A stretch of DNA of 64,000 nucleotides from positions 14,462 through 78,461 of the forward strand of contig JACKFA010000007.1 of NCBI GenBank assembly GCA_020632715.1, given 5' to 3'. This DNA is from Deltaproteobacteria bacterium. GTDB lineage: Bacteria; Myxococcota_A; UBA9042; PHBI01. Below, piece after piece: positions 9,344 to 18,103 of the stretch. The notes under the pieces are model-generated. The model was not told the DNA's origin and did no database searches. It was given only the letters and a program-made list of their open reading frames with translations. A program made the position numbers and the translations under genes. How positions within the stretch are numbered: the stretch's first letter is position 1; each line of letters opens with the position of its first letter.

Positions 9344-9963
9344 CAGGCTTCATCGGGGTCGTCGCCGTGGTCGCGCTGACGACCGCGGCGTGCGGCGGGA
9401 AGAAGGGCGGCGACGGCGGCGCGGGGGCGGCGGCCGTGAAGCCGGCGCCGGTGCTCGCGCCGATGGACATGGAGGCGGCGAAGTCGTTCTGCGACCGCTC
9501 GTGGCCGGGCGAGGGGGCGGGGGCCGTGGACTGGGCGGCGCCTGCGCTGAAGGAGCTGCCGGGGACGCAGGCGGCGCCTGAGCCGAAGGCCGGGTGGCGC
9601 TGGATCAACTTCTGGGCGACGTGGTGCGCGCCGTGCCTCGAGGAGATGCCGCTGCTCGCGAAGTGGGCGGCGGCGCTCGGGGGCGAGGGGGCGCCGGTCG
9701 CGATCGAGCTCTGGAGCATGGACGAGGACCAGGGCAAGCTCGCGGCCTGGGTCCGGAAGAACGGGGCGACGGCGGCGGGGCCGGTGCGCTGGGTGGAGAG
9801 CACGGCGGCGCTGTCGGCGACGCTGACGAAGCTCGGGCTCGACCCGGACGCGTCGCTGCCGATCCACGCCCTCGTCGACGGGAACGGGAAGCTCCGCTGC
9901 GTGCGGATGGGCTTCGTCCACGCGAACGACTACGGCACGATCCGCCGCATCATCGGGCTCTGA
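9322..9963 (+). CDS. TlpA/ResA-like thiol-disulfide oxidoreductase lipoprotein
   Basis: ..WINFWATWCAPCLEEMP.. CxxC motif and an ..ALTTAACGG lipobox. The start is placed at the GTG at 9322 and is approximate. Confidence 0.7.
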   Translation: MDRLLDLAGFIGVVAVVALTTAACGGKKGGDGGAGAAAVKPAPVLAPMDMEAAKSFCDRSWPGEGAGAVDWAAPALKELPGTQAAPEPKAGWRWINFWATWCAPCLEEMPLLAKWAAALGGEGAPVAIELWSMDEDQGKLAAWVRKNGATAAGPVRWVESTAALSATLTKLGLDPDASLPIHALVDGNGKLRCVRMGFVHANDYGTIRRIIGL

Positions 9964-10112
9964 GGCAGGCGGGCGGCCACGAGGGCCGCCCCTACGTGGC
10001 GACGAGGTCGGCGGCGGCGCGAACGACTACGCGGCACGATCCGCCGCATCATCGGGCTCTGAGGCAGGCGGGCGGCTACGAGGGCCGCCCTTACGTGGCG
10101 ACGAGGTCGGCG
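9923..10112. repeat. Tandem duplication of about 97 bp covering the last 41 nt of the tlpA-like gene plus an embedded REP-like hairpin (GCGGGCGGCCACGAGGGCCGCCCCTACG)
   Basis: The two copies, 9923..10019 and 10020..10112, differ by a few substitutions. Confidence 0.55.
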
Positions 10113-10134
10113 TTCGGCGCGACCACTGCGGGCA

Positions 10135-10380
10135 CCGCCCGCGCGACCCCAGTCGACCCGGCGCGACCGCGGTCCGCCCTGCGCGACCCTGCGAGCGCGC
10201 GACCCCGCGGTCCGCCCCGACGCGACCCCGCGGTCCGCCCCGACGCGACCCTGCGGTCCGCCCCGACGCGACCCTGCGGTCCGCCCCGACGCGACCCTGC
10301 GGTCCGCCCCGCGCGACCCTGCGGTCCGCCCTGCGCGACCCGCGGTCCGCTCTGCGCGACCCTGCGGTCCGCTCCGACGC
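10135..10380. repeat. Tandem array of about 10 units of a 22-23-bp repeat, GACGCGACCC(C/T)GCGGTCCGCCCC
   Basis: Seen directly. The units degenerate toward both ends. Confidence 0.6.
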
Positions 10381-10386
10381 GCTTCA

Positions 10387-10416
10387 CCGTAGGGGCGGCC
10401 CTCGTGGCCGCCCGCT
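10387..10416. repeat. Inverted copy of the REP-like hairpin element (CGTAGGGGCGGCCCTCGTGGCCGCC)
   Basis: Reverse complement of the motif at 9968..9995, and of the array at 45901..46230. Confidence 0.6.
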
Positions 10417-10422
10417 GGCCGC

Positions 10423-12447
10423 TCAGCGCAGCCCGAGGAACGCCCTCATCGCCTGCCAGGTCACGGCGTGCCGCATCGCGGTCTTGCTGTCCCAGCTGTT
10501 GTGGAGCGCCACGACGTCGCCGTCGCGGTCGAACAGCGGGCTCCCGGAGTGGCCCCAGTACGTCCACGCGTCGTGCTTCGTGCGCCCGAGCGACTGATCG
10601 CCCAGCGGGTCGCCCACGAAGCCGCGGATCTTCCCGACCGACACGTGCCAGCGATCGTAGCCCGTCTCCTCGCCGTTCGGGGAGCGCGTCCCCGGCATCC
10701 CGATCACCACCACCCCGTCGCCGACGCGCGGCGCCCGCGGCGCCACGCGCGCCGTCGGCAGCCCGGCGCCCCCCTCGAGCGTCACGAGCGCGAGGTCGTG
10801 CTCGGCGTCGAGCTTCGTGCACACGCCCGCGAGCTGCGTCCCGTCCGGGAAGAGCACCGCGAACCGCTTCCCGACGTTGTCCGCGACGTGCGCGTTCGTG
10901 AGCACGAGCCCGCTCGCGAGCAGGTTCACCCCCGTCCCCCCGCCGATCTTCACGACCGCCGGCTGCACCCGCCGGATCGCCGCCCGCCACGCCGGGTCCT
11001 CGATCGCCGCGTCCACCTTCGCGAGGTGCGGGTTCTCCCGCGCCGCCGGCTCCGCGCGCGCGGAGGCCGGCGCCGTCGGCGCCACCTCCGCGAGCCCGTT
11101 CAGCGTCGCCCGCGCGATGGCGTCGGCGAGCTCCGGCGACGTCCCCCGCAGGGCGTCCGCCGCCGCGCGCTGGTACGCCACGAACGCCGCCTCCGTCTGC
11201 GCGCTCACGTCCCAGCGCGCCGCGATGTAGCGGTGGTAGCGCGCCACGAGCCGCAAGGCCTCGAGCTGCCCGGCCACGACGGCGTCCCCACCGCCCGCCC
11301 GGCGCGCGAGCGCCCCGAGGTTCTTCGCGTCCTCCGCGAAGCGCGACAGATCCGCCCGCAGCATCGTGTTGCCGCCGCCGCGGTAGTCCTTCCCGACCCA
11401 CACCGTGAACTGCGTGTCGCCGCGCTGCGGCTGCGTCCGCTGCCGGATGAGCGCCGGTGTCAGCTTCGCCGCGAGCGCCGCCACCTGCGCCGCCTGCGCC
11501 GCCGGCAGCGCGCCGTTCGCCCTCGCGTAGCGCGCGATGAGGTCCCGCGCCTCGGCCGCCCGCGCGTCGTCGAGCGGCCCCACCGCGAGCTCGCCGAGCC
11601 GCCCCTCGGGCGTCGCACGCTCGCGCCCGAGCGCCACGTGCACGAACCAGTCGACGCCCGGCCCGCCCTCGACCGCCTCGCCGTACGACGCCAGCACGTG
11701 CAGGATCCGCTGGCTCCCCGGGAGCTCCGGCCGCCGCGCCGCCTGGAGCAGCGCGTCCGGCAGCGCCGTCATCAGGTGCCGCGCCGTCTCCGCCTGGTCC
11801 TCGCCCGGGTTCTTCGCGCAGTAGTCGCCGACCGCGTCGCGGAGGACCCTGCCCGCGGCGCGCTTCTCGAGCGCCGCGAGGTCGCTCGCCGAGATCCGCG
11901 CGGCCGGGTAGGGGCGCTCCCCGCTGACGGCCGCCTCGAAGCGCGCGTCGTCGGAGGTGAAGTGGCGGCGGTGCGTCTCGCCGTCGGCCGTCCCGTCGAC
12001 CGCGTGGAAGACCTCGTGATGGAACGTCAGCGGCAGCTGCTGGGCGTTGTAGAACGCGGCGACGATGGTGTCCTCGCCGTTCCACTGCCCGAAGTAGACG
12101 TAGCCGCCGCGCTCCTCGTCGTAGGGGCGGAAGCCGTCGCCCTCGTCGTCGACGCAGGCCGCGAACACGGCGATGTGCTTGAGGCCGACCTTCGCGAGGT
12201 AGCCCGGCGGGTACTTCCGCGCCTCGTCGAGCAGGATCCGCGCGGCGTCCGCGCGCCGCTCGGCGTCGAGCGGCGGCATCCGGTCGTAGCCCGCGCCGGG
12301 CGGCAGGCCCTCCTGGACGAAGGTGAGCTCGACCCCGGTGAGCTGCTCGAAGGCGGCTTCAGCGCCGGTCGCGCGGGCGCTGGCCGCGGCGGGCAGGAGG
12401 ACGAGGGTCGAGAAGAGCGCGAGGGCGACGGGCACGTTGCGCGGCAT
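10423..12447 (-). CDS. Secreted chimeric protease with an N-terminal HExxH metalloprotease-like domain and a C-terminal trypsin-like (S1) serine peptidase domain
   Basis: Signal peptide MPRNVPVALALFSTLVLLPAAASA. ..TFHHEVFHAVDG.. (HExxH). C-terminal ..LVLTNAHVADN.., ..HDLALV.. and ..GHSGSPLF.. match the S1 His/Asp/Ser neighbourhoods. Confidence 0.7.
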   Translation of the reverse strand: MPRNVPVALALFSTLVLLPAAASARATGAEAAFEQLTGVELTFVQEGLPPGAGYDRMPPLDAERRADAARILLDEARKYPPGYLAKVGLKHIAVFAACVDDEGDGFRPYDEERGGYVYFGQWNGEDTIVAAFYNAQQLPLTFHHEVFHAVDGTADGETHRRHFTSDDARFEAAVSGERPYPAARISASDLAALEKRAAGRVLRDAVGDYCAKNPGEDQAETARHLMTALPDALLQAARRPELPGSQRILHVLASYGEAVEGGPGVDWFVHVALGRERATPEGRLGELAVGPLDDARAAEARDLIARYARANGALPAAQAAQVAALAAKLTPALIRQRTQPQRGDTQFTVWVGKDYRGGGNTMLRADLSRFAEDAKNLGALARRAGGGDAVVAGQLEALRLVARYHRYIAARWDVSAQTEAAFVAYQRAAADALRGTSPELADAIARATLNGLAEVAPTAPASARAEPAARENPHLAKVDAAIEDPAWRAAIRRVQPAVVKIGGGTGVNLLASGLVLTNAHVADNVGKRFAVLFPDGTQLAGVCTKLDAEHDLALVTLEGGAGLPTARVAPRAPRVGDGVVVIGMPGTRSPNGEETGYDRWHVSVGKIRGFVGDPLGDQSLGRTKHDAWTYWGHSGSPLFDRDGDVVALHNSWDSKTAMRHAVTWQAMRAFLGLR

Positions 12448-12604
12448 GGGCAGAGTCTCCGGGGGTGCCTGCGTGACGTTTTCCTTTCGAGGGTGTCGCC
12501 GCCGAGGGACGCGCGGCGCATGGAGCGTCTTACGCGCAAACGACCCGGAAGATTCTTCGCGAGGGCGGGTTTTACGCTCTCTTCACATGGAGCGAGGCGG
12601 TGCG

Positions 12605-12650
12605 GCGCCGGGCTCCGAAAAGACGAAGCGCCGACGGGCGCGAAGCCAGC
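12605..12650 (-). terminator. Hairpin (GAAGCGCCG...CGGCGCTTC) followed by GTCTTTTCGG on the minus strand, downstream of the small membrane protein gene
   Basis: Seen directly. The loop is long, so the call is weak. Confidence 0.3.
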
Positions 12651-12680
12651 CGGCGCTTCTCCTTCGGTTACAGCCGCGCG

Positions 12681-13319
12681 TCAGCCGCGGGCGCCGATCA
12701 TGCTCACACCCGACAGGATGTGGCCCACGCCGAGCCCGCCCAGGCCGCCGTAGAAGGCCGCCTGCAGGAGCCCGGTCGAGTCGAACATCTTGGCGATGAT
12801 GAGGACGAGCATCAGCGCCGCGCCGATGCCACCGATGAGGAGGACGGCGCCCGCCGCCTTGTCGAGGCCGCCGCTCGGCTTCGACGGGTCCCGATCCGCG
12901 CCCGAGAGGTGGGCGATGCCGCCGAGGATGCCGTTGAGCGCCGCCGTGCCGAAGAGCGCGTACAGCGTGATCTCGCCGAGCGTCAGGGACTTGGCGAGCC
13001 CGGCCACCACGACGAGCACGAGGGAGACCGTCACGAGGAGGGAGAACGTCCCGGCGAGCGCGCTGGTGCTGCCGCGCACCTTGCCATAGCCGAACCAGCC
13101 GATGCCGTTGCAGATGCCGCCCGCGAGCAGGAGCACGAACGCGAGCAGGAGCAAGCCGCCGCCGGCCTCATCCGACATCCCGACGCGGCCAGCGCCCGAC
13201 AGCGCCATGATGACCCCGACGCCGATGACGAAGAGGACGATGAGATAGGCCGCGCCGTTGAGGAAGCCGCCGACCGCGCCGGTCATGAGCGAGCCGTTGG
13301 GCCGATCGCTGTTGGCCAT
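12681..13319 (-). CDS. Glycine-rich small integral membrane protein (212 aa), function unknown
   Basis: Start MANSDRPNGS at 13319. Four or five TM segments rich in G/A/L. The upstream part of tracked ORF 12681..14189 is rejected. Confidence 0.5.
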   Translation of the reverse strand: MANSDRPNGSLMTGAVGGFLNGAAYLIVLFVIGVGVIMALSGAGRVGMSDEAGGGLLLLAFVLLLAGGICNGIGWFGYGKVRGSTSALAGTFSLLVTVSLVLVVVAGLAKSLTLGEITLYALFGTAALNGILGGIAHLSGADRDPSKPSGGLDKAAGAVLLIGGIGAALMLVLIIAKMFDSTGLLQAAFYGGLGGLGVGHILSGVSMIGARG

Positions 13320-13532
13320 GGAAAAACTCCGTATTTCTAGATGGTTGGATGGTGTCCCGGGACTGGGCCGCACGCTACCACGAGCGTTGCGGCCGTCAAG
13401 TGACCCCTCGCGCCCCCAGCGGGGGCAACGATCCTCGCGAACGGCGCTCACGCCCACGTCTGCGGCGTCCGAGCCGGTCTTCGAAGCGCTCATCCGTTGT
13501 GACAGCCGGGGTCCCGCGGCTACCATGGGCGC

Positions 13533-15377
13533 ATGTCTGCCACCGACCGTCGCCACGCGCTCGCCGTCCAGCACTACGAAGCCGCCGAGGAGCTCCTCGA
13601 GTACGCCAAGCCCGAGCTCGCCCTCGCGAACTACCGGCAGGCCGCCGAGGCCCTCGAGGGGCTCGCCGACCCGCCGCTCGAGGCGCGCTGCTGGACCCGC
13701 GCAGGCGCCGTCGCGCTCGACCTCGGCGACGTCGCCGCCGCGCGCGCGCACCTCGCCGACGCCGTCGCCGTCGAGCGCGCCGCCGGGCGCGACCGCGAGC
13801 TCACCGCGACGCTCGCGCTCGCCGCCGCCGCGCACCGCCGCGCGGGCGCCCCGGGGGAGGCCGCCGCGGCCCTCCGGGAGTCGCTCGAGATCGGGGAGCG
13901 CCTGGGCGACGACCTCGTCATCGGCGCGATGGCGGGCGAGCTCGGCGAGCTCGAGCTCAACCGCGGCGCGGTCGCCGAGGCGCGCGGCCTCCTCGAGCGC
14001 GCGGTGGGCGCCTTCGGCCGCGCCGGCCGCGTGGACGCGCAGGCGAGCGCGGCGATGACCCTCGGCGACGTCGCGCGCGCGAGCGGCGACGTCGCGGCCG
14101 CGGAGAACGCCTACCGCGAGGCGCTCCACGTCTTCGGCCACGCCCGCGACCCCATCGGCAACGCCCGCGCGCTCGCGTCGCTCGGCCACCTCTCGCGCGA
14201 CGCCGGCAAGCTCGGCGACGCCGAGCAGCTCTATGACGCGTCGCTCTCGATGGCGAGCTTCGTCGGCGACCGCGAGGGCATCGCGTGCGCCGTCCAGAAC
14301 CTCGGGAACCTCGCCGCCTCGCGCGGCGACCTCCCGCTCGCGCGCGACCAGTACGAGTCGGCGCTCGAGCTGTACGAGGAGCTCGACGACGCCCAGGCCA
14401 TCGCGGGCCTGCGCGTGAACCTCGCGAACCTGCTCGCGACCGAGGGGCAGCTCGAGGGCGCGCTCGGGGCCTACGAGGCCGCCATCGGCGCGCTCGAGCG
14501 GGTGCGCGCGGCGCGCGCGGTCGTCGACGTGCGCTGCCTCATCGGGCAGCTCGAGGCGCGCCTCGGGCGGCTCGACCGCGCGGAGGCGGCGTTCCGCGAG
14601 GCCCGCCGTCAGGCCGACGCGCTCGGCTACCGCCCGGCGCAGGCGCGGCTCGGCGTGAACCTCGCGGCCATCGGCTACGCGCGCGGCGACATCCAGGCGG
14701 GGGTCGCCGGCTTCGGCGCAGGCGCCGCCGACCTCGAGCGCCTCGACCGCCCCGCCGACGCGGCGACGACCTGGCTCGTCGCGGCGGACGCCCTGCTCGC
14801 CGCCGGGCGCGACGACGACGCGAGCGACGCGGTCGCGCGGGCGCGGGCGCTCCTCGGCGGTGACGCGGAGGGGCAGCGCGAGCAGCTCGACTGCGACTGG
14901 CTCGCCGCCCGGGTCGCCTTCTCGCGGGCGCCGTCGACCGAGACGCGCGAGGACCTGCTCGCCCTCGCCGACCGGCTGACGCTCGGCGGGCGCGAGGCGG
15001 ACGCGCTGTCGGCGCGGCTCGCCGTCATCGACCGCGCGCTCGCGCCGGAGCTCGATCAGCCGCTCGCGGACGCGGTCACGCGCGCCGCCCTCGCGCTCGA
15101 GGTGGGGCCCCTCGCGATGGACGCGGAGTCGGCGGCGCTCGCGCTCGAGGCGTCGCCGACCGACGCGGACGTCGCGCGCGCGAGAGCCATCGTGGCGAGC
15201 GCGGCGGAGGCGGGGCTCGCGCTCTTGCGTCTCCGCGCGGAGCGGCGGCTCGCGCAGGTGCTCGCGCGCGCTGGGCGCGACGCGGAGGCGGCGGCCGTGA
15301 GGGACGCGGCGCTCGCGCGGGCGCGCTCGATGGGGGCCGTGGCGGAGGCCGCGCGGCTCGGCGAAGGCGCCGCCTGA
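13533..15377 (+). CDS. Tetratricopeptide (TPR) repeat protein
   Basis: At least ten degenerate 34-aa A/L/G-rich TPR-like units (..ALASLGHLSRDAGKLGDAEQLYDASL.. and similar). Confidence 0.7.
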   Translation: MSATDRRHALAVQHYEAAEELLEYAKPELALANYRQAAEALEGLADPPLEARCWTRAGAVALDLGDVAAARAHLADAVAVERAAGRDRELTATLALAAAAHRRAGAPGEAAAALRESLEIGERLGDDLVIGAMAGELGELELNRGAVAEARGLLERAVGAFGRAGRVDAQASAAMTLGDVARASGDVAAAENAYREALHVFGHARDPIGNARALASLGHLSRDAGKLGDAEQLYDASLSMASFVGDREGIACAVQNLGNLAASRGDLPLARDQYESALELYEELDDAQAIAGLRVNLANLLATEGQLEGALGAYEAAIGALERVRAARAVVDVRCLIGQLEARLGRLDRAEAAFREARRQADALGYRPAQARLGVNLAAIGYARGDIQAGVAGFGAGAADLERLDRPADAATTWLVAADALLAAGRDDDASDAVARARALLGGDAEGQREQLDCDWLAARVAFSRAPSTETREDLLALADRLTLGGREADALSARLAVIDRALAPELDQPLADAVTRAALALEVGPLAMDAESAALALEASPTDADVARARAIVASAAEAGLALLRLRAERRLAQVLARAGRDAEAAAVRDAALARARSMGAVAEAARLGEGAA

Positions 15378-15379
15378 GG

Positions 15380-16672
15380 ATGCGCCGACCCAGCGCGGGG
15401 AGCGCGCGCGGCGCCAGGGGCGTTGTGCAGTGCAGCATGATCTTGGCGCTCGTGCTCGCTCTTGGCGGGTCCGGGCCTGGGTGCAGTGCGGAAGGAGGCG
15501 CCCCGACGGGTGACGCGGACGCCGCCGCCGACACGGCCACGGACACGGACACGGTCGCGGACGCCGAAACGGACACGGCCGCGGACACGGCCCCCGACTC
15601 CGACCCCGACACGGTCGCGGACACCGACCCCGACACGGACACGGACCCCGACACGGACACGGCCACGGACACGGCCGAGCCCCTCACCGAGTTCGAGCAG
15701 GTCGTCGCGCGCTACGACCTCCTCACGACCGCCGCCGGCACGGGCCTCATCACCGACAAGTCCGTCAGCGGCTGGCTCCCGACCTACGAGGGCGGCCCGG
15801 CCTCGGCCGCCGAGCTCTCGCGCCCGCACATGGCGCAGGCCGACGACGCCGGCGTCATCTACATCGCCGACAAGGACGCCCACGCGGTGCGCGCCGTCTG
15901 GACCGACGGCACCATCCACACCGTCGCCGGCACGGGCGCCCCGGGCGACGACGGCGACACCCCCGCCGTCGCGACGACCGTGCGCCTCGACGAGCCGAAC
16001 GGCCTCCAGGTCCAGGGCGACGGCACCCTCTACATCCTCGACCTCGGGAACGAGGCGATCCGCAAGGTCACGCCGGGCGGCGTCATGACGACCCTCTTCC
16101 GCGTCGAGCTCGGCCTCGCGACCGGCCGCGGCCTCTGGGTCGCGCCCGACGAGTCCTCGGCCTTCGTCGCCTCGGGCACCTGGATCGCGCGCTGGACGCC
16201 CTCGGGCGGCGCGTCCGTCTTCGCGACCGGCTTCACCGACCTCGGGAACCTCGTCGTCGACCCGGGCGGCGACCTCGTCGTCACCGACCGCGGCGCGAAC
16301 CGCGTCTACCGCGTGCTCGCCGACGGCACGAAGACCGCCATCGCCGGCAGCGGCGCCACCGCCGGCGGCGGCTCCGGCTCGCGCGCGCTCGAGAGCGGCC
16401 TCTACGGGGTGCGGGGGATCTGGTTCCTCGACACCGGCGGCTACCTGCTCGCGACCCACGAGGGCAGCCAGGTCTGGTACGTCGACACCGACGGGATCCT
16501 CCACCTCTTCCTGGCCGGCCAGAAGGGCGCCCACGCCGGCGACGGCCAGTACTTCCGGAACCCCGGCGCCAAGGTGTCCGAGGTCCGCGCCGTCACCGTC
16601 GCGCCGAGCGGCGACGTCCTCGTCACCGAGCACGACGGCGGCTTCGTCCGCGTCGTCCACCGCCGCCCCTGA
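15380..16672 (+). CDS. NHL-repeat beta-propeller lipoprotein with an Asp/Thr-rich linker
   Basis: Start overlaps the TPR gene stop; the ATG at 15437 is an alternative. ..LALGGSGPGC lipobox-like. Repeated ..G.LY..D.GN..IR.. NHL-like blades. Confidence 0.6.
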   Translation: MRRPSAGSARGARGVVQCSMILALVLALGGSGPGCSAEGGAPTGDADAAADTATDTDTVADAETDTAADTAPDSDPDTVADTDPDTDTDPDTDTATDTAEPLTEFEQVVARYDLLTTAAGTGLITDKSVSGWLPTYEGGPASAAELSRPHMAQADDAGVIYIADKDAHAVRAVWTDGTIHTVAGTGAPGDDGDTPAVATTVRLDEPNGLQVQGDGTLYILDLGNEAIRKVTPGGVMTTLFRVELGLATGRGLWVAPDESSAFVASGTWIARWTPSGGASVFATGFTDLGNLVVDPGGDLVVTDRGANRVYRVLADGTKTAIAGSGATAGGGSGSRALESGLYGVRGIWFLDTGGYLLATHEGSQVWYVDTDGILHLFLAGQKGAHAGDGQYFRNPGAKVSEVRAVTVAPSGDVLVTEHDGGFVRVVHRRP

Positions 16673-16714
16673 AGGCCGGTGGACTCACCCCCACACCTCG
16701 CGCGTTCCCCGCCC

Positions 16715-18103
16715 ATGCGCCACACCGCCCTCGCCGCCCTCGCCCTGCTCGCGCTCGTCACAGCACCTCGCGCCCGCGCCGACCTCCCGCCCGGGCCGCT
16801 CCCGCGCGTCGAGCCCGCGCCCGCCTGCGTCCCCGGGAGCACGGTGCGCGGCGAGCTCGCCGCCGGCACGCCCCGCGCCTACCGCGCGCTCGACGCCTGG
16901 GAGCGCGCCTGGAGCCCCGACGCCCTCGACCGCGTCCTGCTCGACGCGAGCGACATCGCGCGCTTGAACGGCCGCAACATGGACCGCCCCGAGACGTGGC
17001 AGGACGTCATCGCCGCCGACCGCGACCTCGGGCGCGTCGAGGCCGAGCTCGGCGACCGCTTCGCGCACCTCCGCGAGGCGTTCGTCGGCGGCGGGCTCGT
17101 CGAGGACGTCGTCGGCTCCTTCGGCGCCTCGCAGACCCTCGCGCGCGCGGCCACGCCCGTCGACGAGCTGCGGGTCGTCGTGCACCCCGTCGACCTCCGC
17201 TGCGTCCCGTCCCACGGCGGCTTCTTCCGCCGCCCCATCGACCGCGACTTCGACCGGAACCAGTGCGCGGAGCTCCACCCCGGCGAGCTCGTGCGCGTGG
17301 CCCTCGTCTCGCCCGACGGGCGCTGGCAGTACGTCCACGCCGGGCACGCCGTCGGCTGGCTCGAGGACGCGACGCTGACACCGCCGCTCTCGCCCGCCGC
17401 GGCCCGCGCCTACCGCGACGACGGCGCCCGCGCCGTGGTCGTCGACGACTGGGTCGAGACGGCCGCGCCCGACCTCTACCTCCGCCTCGGGACGGACCTC
17501 CCGCTCCTCGGGCGCGACGACGACGTCGGCGGCGCCTGGGTCCTCGCCCCGTCGGCCCTCGGGCTCGAGCCGCTCTGGGTGCCGGACGCGAGCGGGCTCC
17601 ACGAGGGCTTCCTGCCGCTCACGCGGCGCAACGCGCTCGCGCTCGTGACCGCGCGGATGGGCGATCCCTACGGCTGGGGCGGCGTCGGCGGCGGGCGCGA
17701 CTGCTCGCGGCTCCTGCTCGACGTGATGGCCACCTTCGGCGTGCGCCTCGGGCGGCACTCCTCGGTGCAGGCGGGCAGCGGGGCGCTCACGCGGGACGTG
17801 GCGGGGCTCTCGGACGAGGCGAAGCTCGCCGCCATCCACCAGGCCGGGCAGCTCGGGGTCGTGTTTCTGTACATGCCCGGCCACATCATGTTGTATCTCG
17901 GCGAGCTCGACGGCCGCCCGTGGGCCGCCTCGGCCATCAGCGAGTACCTCGTGCCGTGCGCGGGCGGGGGGCGCGAGACCGTCCGGCTCGACAAGGTGGA
18001 GGTGACGACGCTCGAGCTCGGGCGGGGGACGGAGCGCACGGCCTTCATCGAGCGGATCGCGACCCTCGCCGTGTTCGGAACCGGACCTGGACCCTCGCCA
18101 TGA
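16715..18103 (+). CDS. NlpC/P60 (C40) family cell-wall peptidase with N-terminal SH3-like region
   Basis: ..MGDPYGWGGVGGGRDCSRLLLDV.. catalytic Cys and a downstream ..GHIMLYLG.. His. Signal peptide MRHTALAALALLALVTAPRARA. Confidence 0.7.
   Translation: MRHTALAALALLALVTAPRARADLPPGPLPRVEPAPACVPGSTVRGELAAGTPRAYRALDAWERAWSPDALDRVLLDASDIARLNGRNMDRPETWQDVIAADRDLGRVEAELGDRFAHLREAFVGGGLVEDVVGSFGASQTLARAATPVDELRVVVHPVDLRCVPSHGGFFRRPIDRDFDRNQCAELHPGELVRVALVSPDGRWQYVHAGHAVGWLEDATLTPPLSPAAARAYRDDGARAVVVDDWVETAAPDLYLRLGTDLPLLGRDDDVGGAWVLAPSALGLEPLWVPDASGLHEGFLPLTRRNALALVTARMGDPYGWGGVGGGRDCSRLLLDVMATFGVRLGRHSSVQAGSGALTRDVAGLSDEAKLAAIHQAGQLGVVFLYMPGHIMLYLGELDGRPWAASAISEYLVPCAGGGRETVRLDKVEVTTLELGRGTERTAFIERIATLAVFGTGPGPSP

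Noticed and set aside
10091-12753. ORFs 10091..12085 -, 10468..12753 + and 9594..10901 + across the protease gene and the repeat region
   Set aside because: They are repeat-derived or antisense. The units translate as PRGRAL.. repeats that mirror the 23-bp DNA repeat.
13349-16660. ORFs 13349..14236 +, 14285..14863 + and 15056..16660 - over the TPR and NHL genes
   Set aside because: Alternative-frame and antisense artefacts (poly-R/A/G).
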